DNA of 60,762 nucleotides, filler included, from Perkinsus olseni (Eukaryota): NCBI GenBank assembly GCA_013115125.1. It is 3 parts of 3 records of this genome, joined end to end, with 100 filler letters (N's around TTAATTAATTAA, not from the genome) between each part and the next. Parts side by side here need not be neighbours in the genome. Positions count along the whole stretch, not along the records: positions 40,619 to 60,762 come from JABANN010000584.1; 2 more parts are not named here. One strand, 5' to 3'. Shown piece by piece: positions 48,770 to 60,563 of this stretch (position 1 is its first letter; each line of letters starts with the position of its first letter). The notes under the pieces were generated by a model. It saw only the letters and a program-made list of their open reading frames with translations, ran no database searches and was not told where the DNA came from. The position numbers and the translations under genes were made by a program.

Positions 48770-49021
48770 CTCCCCTTAACTGTTGAACTCAACGCCCCTC
48801 GTCTCCCGTCTTAGCGAAGCACTTTCCGAGTAGATTTGCTAGGAGGTAACCCTTTCGGTCCGGAGCACCACCCTCCATCGGGAGCACTGACGAGTGTCTT
48901 GTCGAGGTTGTTGCTAAATGCTTATGATGATGACGACGGTAGGGCTTGTTGAAAAAGGCACAAACAATCTATGGTAGAATCGAACAGGGGACCTAACGGT
49001 TGTGAGCCGTGGCAGCTACGG

Positions 49022-51620
49022 CTACTGCTGCGCACACTGGGCAGCTTGCGAGGGATCTACATTGCTGGCGCCAGGAGCGGGGATATAAGGTGCTCCCTGA
49101 AAGAGTGAAACATGACCGCGCAACGAATGGAACCCCCAACCTTCACAACAGCAGCCAAACGCGCTGAACATTGAGCTATTCTTACCTGTTGTGGTTGGAA
49201 CCCTCCCCGCTGACCCCTGGTTGCAGCAGCAGCTGCGGCGGCCGTAGCAGCCATCTGCTGATGCTGATGTTGTTGACGACGAGCCATCTGATGCGGATCG
49301 TACCTGCATCGAACAAGTGAGGGCTCTCAAACTGGAGGTGGTAGCCGCATCTGCCTGCACGAACGGCGTCAGGAGTGAACGGAAAGGACGCTCATCGCGT
49401 GAGGGTTGGAGCAGGTTGTTGCCTGGAACGACTTACTGCTGTTCTTGACGCCTTTGTTGTTGCTGTAACTGCTGCAACAACATCTGCATCTGAGCTTGCT
49501 GACTCTGCTGCTGATGCTGTTGTTGCATGGGCGGCTGCGGCAGTGGTGGCGGATTGAGCATCCCACCATACATAGGAGGCTGTTGACCGTATGCACCCAT
49601 CGCTGGAGGGGGCATCACAGGAGCAGCTGCTGGCATTGGCATGTTACCCATTCCCCTGGAACCTGAGCAGAGCTGAAGTTGACCTATTTCATATCTTCCC
49701 CGAATGGAGTAAAGATACCTTGATTCAAAGCGGCCCTCTGCTGAGCATATTGTGATGCTTGAGAAGCGTAGGCCCCATCAGGGGCTCCCCCCTTCCGCGG
49801 GGACGTGTGTTGGCCACCGCCCACAGGGTTCGATGCAGTAGGAGAAACCTGGCCCTTTGTCCTCACCTAAGCATATGAGTCAAACCTATACCAACTTTTC
49901 CCCAACTTTCGCGACATCACCTGTGCCAGTTGCCTCTGAAGGCGCTTCATCTGCTCGCCACCATCATCATTGCCCCGGCGTCCATGCTGCTTGGCATCCG
50001 TCCTCAACTGCTGTTGCTCCCGGAGGATCCTCAACGTCTCGTCGTGCACGCTACCCATACCCGACTGCTGTTGCTGCCGCTGCTGCTGCGCTGCCTGATG
50101 GTCACCGCAGTTTTCCTGAGAGCGACCATATCACCTATTCTGGCTAGCAACAGGGCGTGGAAGTCCGACGAGGTGTTACGTCTTTTCGGCTGCCCGAACT
50201 TCCTCCACCACCGATCATAGCAAGAAGGGCGCGCCCTGCTTCGTTGCTGCCATCCTGAAAGCCCGGCAGTGAATAACCAACGCGAGATGGCCCCGATAGA
50301 TGGGCTACTCCCCAATCGCCAGTGTGAAGCATCGCGGAGAGCACGTAGCCGACACTCTCTTACCCCAGTAGGCCTTGCAGCAGGAGCGGTAGCCTTAGCA
50401 CCCTTCTCCAGCTCCTCGAGTGTCACAGCTCCCTTGGGCAAGCCGGCCTTCAACTAAGCACACACCAGGTAATCCAAAGACCCTGGGTACGAGTCCCTGC
50501 AGCAGCACCTTCTGTTGCTCCGCACTGTCGATAGCAGCAGGCTGCTGCTGCTGCTGCTGTCGGGGCTTCAGCCACTCGGACATCCTATTGCTCCCCCTCC
50601 TCGTCGAGATTTGGTCGAAGATGCTACCCGACTCCTGACCGCTCTTCCTGATAACAACGACACCATGAACCGATACGTATCTTAGGTAGAACCGTGCACA
50701 ACATAAATGCAGTCCACCCGGCGACCAAAACCTAGTCGGCTCCGTCGAGTGGCTGCAGCCTAGAGCGCAGAGGAGGGAAGACCTCAGTATCCCCACTCAC
50801 TTAGCAGGACTCGCTTCCCCAGAGATTTCCCCACAGGCAACCTTCTTCACATACTCCCCAACCGTCATAGAACTCTGAAGGGTGGAGGAGTTGAACCCAC
50901 GGCCTTCCGGTGCCGAGGCTGTGCTACCTTCTCAATGGTCGATTCTGCCTTGCGAATATCACCTAGTGTGAACTTGTTGAGACCCTCTCCTCCCGTCGGC
51001 ACTGCATTGTCACGGTGACGACCGCTGCCGGTCGACGGACGCTGATGGCCCCGGTCATTAACAGCGTTTTCTTTCCCATAATTCCGATTGCCCGCCTGGG
51101 GATCGAACCTGCGCGAGAAACGACATAACCATCGTAATGCACACCCCATGACCGGTCGTCCAAATGTTCAGTACTTCTTCCGATCAGGAGGGGTGGTCTT
51201 CTCGTACTGCTGCTGTCTGGCAGGATAGTTCCTGTTACTGGATGCCGATGGACCGCCCGTCGACGCTCCCCGCCCTCGCATACCACCGCGGCGACCTGAA
51301 AGGTCGATTCTCCTTCACGTACAGTAGGGAGAGAATTCCATCAAGATGAAGCCACTAGAGATCGATCTTGGGTCGCCAACACGACGTCCCAGCATACTAA
51401 CCACTCGACCAATCTTACCCGGCGGCGGCTGCAGGATTTGAGACTCGGCATTATCCTTATCAATTAAATCCGGCATTCCTCCAGCCGGCTTACACAAGCA
51501 GCACGGCAAAGACTGGTACTTCTTCAGCTCATCAATGCTGAAGATGAGCCACCCGCCGCCCCTCACTGGAGCGCCGCCGCCTTCCGGTGTCTCAGGTAGT
51601 GTATCAATCGACGTCGACAT
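49022..51620 (-). CDS. Q/P-rich disordered protein with an N-terminal eIF4E-binding-like motif (4E-T-like candidate)
   Basis: N-terminal LIFSIDELKKYQSLPCCLCKP resembles YxxxxL-phi followed by a 4E-T-like LP..x.P. Also AVTLEELEKG and poly-Q tracts. Multi-exon. Confidence 0.55.
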
Positions 51621-52009
51621 GTACTGGTCTTATTAGTATTCTCTCACGTAGTAAGCAGAGATAGTCTTTCTAGTGCTGATGTAACTTAACAACAACAACA
51701 ACAACAACCTGAACTAACATAGTAATGACCATGAACCCTAAGAAAGTCCTACGAACCCCATGCCCCACTCAACCCAATACCCATCAGTGAATCAAGACCA
51801 ACGAATAAGTTTTCAGTACGGCGACTGATGCTGCTTGTGATGGTTGTAAGGGAAGGAGGAGGGACTTGCGAGTCGGCTGTTGGCATTTTTGTCGCGCGCC
51901 ACGAAATACTCTCAACATGTTATGGCAATTTATCAACCTGGTGTCGAAAGGATACCAAAGATACGCCTATCTTAGGTCGACCTACCTGGTGGAAGATTCC
52001 TTCCTATAC

Positions 52010-55000
52010 TTAGATACTCATCATCACGCGCTTGTCGGACAACAGCATGTCGGCCTTAACGACATCCTGCTTCATCTCCTGCAATAAGCCACTATACCCA
52101 AACCCGCAGAGGTTCAAATCTCCCCACCTCCGCTCCAAGCTGATCACTGATGTCCACTATACACCTCTTGACCTCCGCCCAGAACTCCAGGGCGACTCCA
52201 AGATTCTTCATGGGGTCCACGCAGCAGGCGAACTTCTTTCGAAGATTCTCATCGAAAGCCGCACGCTTCTCCGCAGCGCTCATTCTGAATGCATCACAAA
52301 TTCACTTCAAAATCTTGCAATCTTGCTCTCTCTTACGGTTTCCTAGTTTGAGGAGCCTCCCATTCCATGAAGTACTTCATAACGATACCCATGCAGGTTC
52401 TCGGAAGCATGAACACCGGCAGAACAGGAGATGGCCCCACCTCCGCCACACGAGGCTCCCGATGGTACGGCTGAAATTAAGGAATTTCAAGACAGTGCAA
52501 GACTGCAAGATTCTCCTACCAATCTCTGTCCGCTGGCGTCCAAATCGCTCGGCAACGGTCCGTTCGGACTGAACGTATTATTCGGCAGCATCTTTATGAG
52601 TGACTTATTTTCGATAAGATCCTCGGCCAGGCAGGATTCACAAAGGACCCTCAGCGTCCGCTTGAAGAGTCTAACCAAGGAATGGAAGGCCGCCAAGTCG
52701 AACTCGACGGTCGTATCCCAAAGGTCGTTTTTCAACTTCATAGGTATCAGACTAGCAACCCTCGACAACAAAGTGATGCTCTTCTGCTTCTCCGTAGCAG
52801 TTTCAATCTTCGGGTACCGCACAGCGACAGGGAATTCCGACCCATCCACCGGCTCGAACGGGTCACCAGTGAGTACTCCAAACTTCATCAGCTCCAAGGC
52901 GAACAGAGTAGGCTCTTGGAAGCGACTGGGGGTATCCTTCAGAACGTCTCCGAGGACCGTCATGCCGCCGTCTTCAGAGAAGTACTCCAAGGATTCGAGA
53001 AGTTGGAAGTGGACTAATGCCGAGAGAGAATTCAAATCTTTCGGCTGCGCACGGGGTCCGTTAGGATTCCTCAGATTCGCCACCAAAGGACCATCCCGCT
53101 GGAACTCATTGGCATGCCACTGCAAGCAGAACCTGAGGATTCAAAATGCGTATATTTCCATACCACTCCTCCCCCAACTCACCTCAAATCCACAGTCTTA
53201 GCTCCCTGCCTGCGCATCTCCGCCTCCAAGTCTGCCTTCGTGAACATCCACCTCAAACCCTTCACACGAGGGATCCGAATCCGACGTAAATTCGGGTCCT
53301 ATCCGAAACCAAAGATACCATTGCGCACGCGGAAGATTTCCTACCTCTCTATTGAGCGTGTATAGCAAATGAGCTCTGTTAGTAGTCGGAGTCGCTCCCA
53401 TCGGCGGGGCCCCCTGGGCACTCTGCTGCTGCTGCTGCGACTGCGCCAACTCCCCAACCTCCCAGTATGCTGTGCAGATGATAGGCCGGTCCCTCAGAGC
53501 CGGGTTCAACTTCTCAGCCATGATACCCAAAGCCTTGGTCCTGTACTCGTTAGTAAGGTCAATCAGCAACGATCTGTACTCCTTCGAATCGATCAGTGGG
53601 CTTTGACGGTCGCACCACACCCCCGTCGCAAGCACCAGCGGCAGCCTGCTGCTGATAAAGCCCATCATGAGCAGCTCATACACCGTCATCGGAAGCCTCT
53701 CGCCCAGCACCGTGGACATGTCGCTCGGACAGACGTGCGTAGGAGGGAAGGAGATCGGCATCGGAGACGGCGTCTGCGTACCATCAGGGTTGTTGATGGT
53801 CATCTGGGGCGTATTCTCTCCCGGCGGACAGAGATGAGGGTTAGCATGGCCCGACCCGCACGACAAAGGACGGACCTCGAGGTCGATTGTGTTGAGCACG
53901 GGGGTGTAGCATAGAAGTAGCTTGCAGACGCAGTACCCCTCAACATGGTCGTTCCTCATATCATCAGTAGGGAAAGTCTGCATCCACGAGTTCAGCGGCA
54001 CTTGTCGGATAAACTCGATGGCCGTCTCGAAGCTGAAAGCCCCTGCGTGATGGGCTGCCGCAGCAGGCTGGTTGTCGCCGCGGAATTGGTCCAAGTTGAG
54101 GTAGGGGTAGGTCAAGCAGTACTCGGTACCAGCCAGGAGACACGCGTCAATGAACTGCTCCCGATTGATGTACCACTTGCTCAGTACATGGTCCAAAGAT
54201 ACCCACTCGGCCTTGTTCCTGAATAGCATGCCGGAATTATGTCGCGCGCCACGAAATTATTTCCTCTACTTTTGGAAGTCCATCTGCAGGACAACACTCT
54301 TAACTCCATAGAGAAGGAGTCCCGGTGGGCCGTAGACGACTTGGCAGAGATTATTAGCCGCCATATAAGCCAACTGGGCCGAAGCGAAGTAACTAAATGC
54401 AGTAAAAATGCAACATGCCGGGATCGAACCTGCGCCAGTAGACCTACGGTGCTCGGATAACCTCGAATCCCTTCGACTTGAGGAAGTGGAAGGCGAAGTG
54501 GCAAATGTCGCTGTTGATGCGGCTGGTCGCCACCGCGAAGGCCTTCTGAGCTTCCGAGTCACGCCCGTTGGCCGATAAGGTCCACGCCTGAGAAAAATCT
54601 TTTTGCACACCTTGCAAGATACGAAACAGGTCGGCTTGTAGACTGTTCAAGGCTCTACCTGATCCAACTGCTGCTGACTAGACTGCTGAAACATTTGATG
54701 CTGCAGAGGAGGCACGATACCGTCGAAGACCTACAATGAATGCCAAACCGTCGCGCGCCACGAAATTCACGTCGAAGATTTCTCCCACCAAGACTTACGA
54801 AAATAGGCTTAATCTTGTAGCGTGAGAAGAGCTCCAGCTCCTTAGCAATGATACCGAAGAGTCCTGAAAAGTACGATCTACGGAGGAAACGAACCCACCA
54901 CCTCCAGATGGATCAACACCATCCTTAACCGCTACGCCACCATCCCTATTACCAGGAGGCATTCCGCCCAGAGCATCGGCATACGGGTCCTTCAACATTT

Positions 55001-55262
55001 GTATACTTCGCAACCAAAAAGTAGCATCCAGAGCCATCTTCATGTCACTCAGCTGATCCATCGAGATCTGCCATCATTCATGCTCCCTCACCACGACCGC
55101 TGCGCCACGAAATTATTCTGTCCAAGAACCCCTCAGCTAGATCTAATCTCCAGACATGAGCGGCTGCCCTCGAGAGTTGAGCGCACATGAGAAATTCTCT
55201 CTTCTTACCTGCTGGATCATCCCCTGGTCCTGCAAGGTCGTCTGCAACTGTCTTACACGCAT
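52010..55262 (-). CDS. MKT1: MKT1-family protein (inactive XPG/FEN1-like PIN domain plus MKT1 domains)
   Basis: MRVRQLQTTLQDQG start, MALDATFWLRSI..LKDPYADALGGMP, VFDG, FEVIRAPYFASAQLAYM, VYGPPGLLLYG, FIDACLLAGTEY, LLSRVASLIPMKL...W...FDLAAFHSLVRLFKRTLRVLCE. Confidence 0.85.
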
Positions 55263-55535
55263 CTTAGGTTGATCCTTGCTGTTGATAAGCTAAATAGATT
55301 CCTGTTGTTGTTGTTAGCGATGAAAGTAAACCGACTATGTCCGACGAACTTGAGCAACGATACGACGACTAGTCTAGACCACTGCCACGGGTAGAAGCAG
55401 CAGAAAAGAGTAAAAACTGAGGAATATCTTTGCACCCCATGAAACACCGGAGTCAACCTTAGATACTTCCCCTCCCCACGCAACGCAAGCCAGGTTCCCT
55501 CCAAGAAGTATCACAAGCGGCTTCACATGCGACCA

Positions 55536-56913
55536 CTAAATGCCGCCAAAGGCATCCCATGCTCTCCGAATCCTTGCCTCCTCTTGTGCACGCGTGCACG
55601 ATCTACTCATACCACTCCATCCGCTGATCCCAGAGCTCCTCGTCGGCGGTCTGTCCAACGGGAAGACCATGGTCCCGCTAGAAGTACAGTAACCGACGCC
55701 CTCCACTAAATACAGCGTCCGACCCGTCTTCGGATCGGAGATTGTGATCGGGCCTTCGTCCTCCTCCTCCGAACCTAAAGATTCCATACAACACCGTAAT
55801 GAAAGCAAATCCCAAGCGATAACATCCAAGTGGCTCCAACCATCCCCTCTTACCAGATTCCGAGTCCCCGCTGTCCACCAGAGACTGGTCCAGACAGCTG
55901 CTGCCGTCCGCTGCGAGCACTGTGGCGTCACTGCAATCGCCAACAGCCCGGTAGCCGCTTTCCTGAGTAGTGGTGGAGACCGGGCGAGTCGGCAAAGTAT
56001 CTTCAGACTTCTCCGTAACCATGGCCTTAGGCGAACTCGAGAACACTATGGGCAGGCGCAGATACTGCAGGATACTCTCTGTCTCAGCCAAGCGGGCTCC
56101 GAAGACCAGACACCCACCACCACCACCACCGACGACGACGCTCCCTTGGGGGCGATGTACCTGCATGGACCATCCAAAGCCGGCACACTGCTGCCACAGA
56201 CGTCCGAACACGGAGTGCACAATATCCCCCACCAAGAGCCCTTCAGGACAGCGCGGCAGCGGCAAACAGTCTATTGAACACAGCCCCTACCTCGCCGTAC
56301 CCGAGCATCCTCGCTATGGGAAACTCCCGAGCGTAATACTACTGGGGCAGCATCATCAAAACTCGGGAGAATCGCCCACGTAACCACTACACACCCGTAG
56401 GCGGAGACTGGAAGTTTAGTCACTCATAGAAAAAGCCCGAATGATATCCTGATCGAGCTACCACTTGGCAAGCTAAAGGGCAGGTTACCGCAACTTTAAT
56501 ATCAATCCACTATTTCTTACGATACCAATAAAACCGTAACTCCCGAACTCTCGAGAGGAGCGATAGTTTCCACATTTCCAACGTTCCCGAGCTACGAAGG
56601 CTGCCCACCACGAGCAATACGGGAATAATCGGTTGATAACGTAGCGGTAGCATAAAATAGCTGCCAGTCTTACCTTCAACAGAATTCGCTCTCCAGGCTC
56701 CAGGCCGAGCAGCGCACGGGTGAACGGAGGCGGGAGGTCCTCGCTGGCAAGTACACTGGATGGATACACAACCGATATGAGTTCACCTGAGGGCGTTGAG
56801 AAAATGCAAGATTGCAAGATCCTTCCCTAACTACCAAAGGGCTCGTGAATGCCCATAAGGACATCAATGCGGTCCTGTTGAGTCCGATTCCGGACTATCA
56901 CATGACGAGGCAT
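55536..56913 (-). CDS. Hypothetical multi-exon protein
   Basis: Spliceable - strand segments MPRHVIVRNRTQQDRIDVLMGIHEPF / GELISVVYPSS...ILLK / ORF 55678..56265 / ...DPKTGRTLYLVEGVGYC...AWDAFGGI*. No family recognised. Confidence 0.45.
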
Positions 56914-57863
56914 CTCCGACGATTGACACTCGGCCGTCGGAGAATCTGCAACACCAGAAACACATCCTACCGGAGCTGTACAGTGGTTATAAGATACAAA
57001 ACAACATACTTTCCGAATTAGGATTCGGAAAAATTTCTACCATCTCTCTAAAATCTCTATGGTATCTCTCTACCATGAAAAGGCCGTGGACTAATAGCGA
57101 AGAACCGATAAAATTTCTGTGATGTTCATCGAAGATGCACGATCTGTAAGTACACTAGGTGCGTGGTGGCAGCTGAGAAGGTTCACTATCGATGAGACAG
57201 GACACGAGCTAAGATATACTTCAATGGCAGGACGGTACGGTTCATAGGGAATGTGGATACACTGGCGCTGACACTATTCCCGAATGCCGCATCATAGTTG
57301 CCATATAAAGATGGAAGACCATAATCATGGACGACCTAGTAAAGTATACTACAGGAGAAAACCCTGCCAAGCAGCTGTGGCGCCCATGAGATCTCTTAGT
57401 ATGGCGCAGCTAGGACCATGGATCGCATTCAATTCACGAAGAGGTGGAGGAGAAGAGCGCCAATTGTTGAACCCACCAGGGCGAGACTACTTAGACACTT
57501 GGGTTTACCAATTCTGATTATCAAGGACACGATTGCGCAATGCCGGAAGCATAATTCGGTCAGAAGGACTAGATTTATCGTAGAGCACATGCTTTTCGAC
57601 AACCTCAGCTCGACCAGAAGTGAAACAAAAGATACGCCCAAACTCGAGTCAAGCACGAGTCGAGCAAAGATACCCCCTAGCCTCAGCTCGCGTTCACCCC
57701 TTACCTGCGTATCTGATCTCGGTAGGTGTCACCTCCAGAAGATCTCCGAGTCGATCATCCATCAGAAGAAAACAGAAAATACCAAACAACAACAGCCCCG
57801 CATGTACCCCGACACAACGCCCGCGGCCCGGCCACCATGAAAGTGTTGTAACAAAAACTGCCC

Positions 57864-58992
57864 CTACAGCTCCTCATCCTCATCCTCATCCCCGACACTG
57901 TATGGATGCTCCTTGCGACCGCCAACCTTGGCCTTCTTCGGCCTAGCAGATGGCCTACGTTTTTTCGGACGCTCAGAGCCGCTGGACTTCCCCTTGATGT
58001 ACTCCGAGGGGAGACGATAAGATTCCGAGGGTGGTAGGGAGTGCTGTAGAGCAACAATCACTCGGTGAGGGTATCCAAGGTTGACGCTTGCCTGTTTCAT
58101 GTGGCCGATGATAGGCATCGTCTGGTAATGTAGCGTGAGTGTAATGTTGTTGTCCCTGATAGGGGCGGAGCGAAGCGATACGTGAAAATTCTAACAACCG
58201 AAAACTGCCAACCTCAGAGTTCCCTTAGTGACATCCCTCAGCGGGTATTCATTGGTGACGCCTTCCAAATGCTGAAAAGAAAGATACTCAAGACGATAGG
58301 TCGACCTAGTATCATCGCGCTTCAACCTAAGATACCCTTTATTACAATGAGGGCCTCTTCCTCTGACCTAACAATGTCATCCCAGATAGTCACCGAATTA
58401 CGAACCTGCAAAGCACATCACCACAGCCCGGCCGGTAAGATGTCAACTCTTTCTTCTCGGCGCCCCGGTTCGATCCCTCCCTTCGAATATTACCGTGCTG
58501 TCCGTGACGTAATCAGCCGTAATGTAAACGAACAGCTGATTCATACTCCAATGTCGCATCTCCTGGCGAAGGTCTGAACCCATACCACACATCCCACAAA
58601 TCACGGTCGAGGATACCCATTCCGATCACCGCACAAGCCGCCTACCAGCATCAATGTTGAGCTGCAGATTGGCCTGATCGGCTCTCAAAAAACCATTGAG
58701 GACCCTAAAGGAAGAGGGCGGTGTCCTGAGAGAGCGTGGCGGGGGGGCGGCCTTACATGTCCTGTACGCCCGCTAGAGTCACAGTGCCCGACACGATTGG
58801 GGTGGGGTCGATGTAGCTGGTGAAGTGACAGAGTAAGCCTAGAAAACATAGGACTGAACAGTACGTACCTGACAGAAGAAGCGATATCTTAGGTACACCT
58901 ATGCAAGATACAAAACAGGTCAGGTTGAGCGCCGAATGAGAGTGCCCGACGTTACAGAATATAGTGTTGGCCCTGCTTGTGTAGGACTCCAT
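57864..58992 (-). CDS. SPCS3: Signal peptidase complex subunit SPC22/23 (Spc3), multi-exon
   Basis: Spliced translation MESYTSRANTIF..., DLRQEMRHWSMNQLFVYITADYVTDST-VRNSVTIWDDIV, NEYPLRD..GTLR-DNNITLTLHYQTMPIIG, YRLPSEY. Matches the SPC22 pattern DL...W..+QLF+Y+.A+Y.T....N.V.+WD.I+. Confidence 0.9.
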
Positions 58993-60123
58993 ATTCTGAG
59001 GTATGATCGCTTTGAGATTGTCCATTGAGATGAGAAGTTGAGGAAAACTCAGAAGACGCATCACTCGCCAGCCCTCCTTCGAAGCCCTTAAGTCTGCCTC
59101 CCGCCTCAACTCGAAGCTTCAAGGTGCACCAAATGCTCACACGTACAAGCGGCAACGGCACGCAGCGTGAAAAACAACGAAAAAATGGCTCGTCCGAGGA
59201 TCGAACCAGAGACCTTCGTCGCGACAGTACTGCTAGACTGCGAAGACTATTTTCTCAGACGAAGACCTCTCTCGTCGCCGTTGCGTTGCCTGTCCGCATG
59301 CTATCCGCATGCTGTCCCATAACACTCATACCAGCAGCTTGTCAATCAAGCCAGCGAACGTTCCAAGTAGGGCTCCTCCGGCCTGGTGTAGTGCAGTTAG
59401 GAAACAGAATGTTTAATACAGAGTGTAAAGAGATTCCCGTGCCTTGTCCCCTCGACGGAGCACATTCGGTGGTGGCCGGACTGAGAGGCGGTGGTTCAGT
59501 GATGCCTTATTTGAAAACCAACATACTACTATCCGCCCTTCTCATTCCCACACAATCCAGTTTCGGGGCGCCCGTAGAAGTGACAGTGAAGCGTATGTGT
59601 GCGTGGGTTCATAGTCCAACGCCCGTACTACCGACTTAGGCCTTCACCTCAGAGACGCTCGGTTATTACTGGCTTTACGCGTCAATGCACGTGAAGCGAT
59701 TTCAGATGGTTCATCAAAAGGCTTCCTTCGGAGTATCAACCGAAGTCAAGAGCTTTCGGTGAGATTGTCCCTCTATCCCCAGGAGATTCCTCCGCGAAGT
59801 TGAGGCATGAAGGCCGTTAAACCCGAACTATCATCCTCTCGCTGGATTAGGGATTGTAAACAGGGAGGCGAAGCCCCGATGCGGGGCTGTGGTCACAAGA
59901 ACCCTTCCGTTGCTAGACTTCCGCCTGCCACCAGACCGCGTCGCGCGTCAACCGATGTGGACAAACGGACACCGCACGATAGAAGACCCCGTACTCTAAG
60001 TGCGCCAGTGTGTGTCTTCAAGATCAACCAGCGGGAGAAAGTCGCTGCTTGTCACGCGGCGTGACACCGCTTTTGGGCCGTCGTGCTGAGTGAATCATAA
60101 TTGTGGAGAGTTTCACTAGTCTG

Positions 60124-60126
<3 letters not shown>

Positions 60127-60160
<34 letters not shown>
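60127..60160 (+). repeat. (GAT)n microsatellite, about 11 units
   Basis: Directly visible. Confidence 0.95.
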
Positions 60161-60563
60161 CCACCACCGAAGTTCGAGCCAGTGCCACTATCACCTCAAC
60201 CCCTCTCCTGCTCAGGAATTGAGAGTTCCGAAGAAGCGGTTGAATGTTCGCTTCGGGACTGCAACGTCACGGCAGCATACGGAAACCATCCTGTGCTGTG
60301 GCCCAGGATCGTCATCAGTTTTATGGGAGTGGCTCTGCAGCCCCCGTAGCTCGGATTTTCCAAGCCCTACGCGAGGGAACCACTGCCTCCGAAATGTTCC
60401 ATTGGATGCCAGTAGTTGCCAAGGTGAGAGAAGAGCGATACTCCGTTTCGCTGACATTGCACGCGTGCGCAAGGTCCAATCGGCTTGTGCACGCGTGCTC
60501 GTGACGCGGGTTCGGATAAGGTCTCTGTGACACGGGTGGAGTCCACTGGCCGTGCACTTAGTG

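Noticed and set aside
51090-51115. B-box-like GGTTCGATCCC on the - strand
   Set aside because: Falls at an acceptor/exon start encoding RFDPQAG with no T-run. It may be coincidental, so it was not counted among the orphan elements.
27174-55115. CRISPR-like interpretation of the repeated 19-mer
   Set aside because: Irregular spacing (60 bp to several kb), both orientations, eukaryotic context and no cas genes.
57074-57840. Possible small spliced + strand gene
   Set aside because: Splice-like signals are present, but I could not assemble a coherent, recognisable product.
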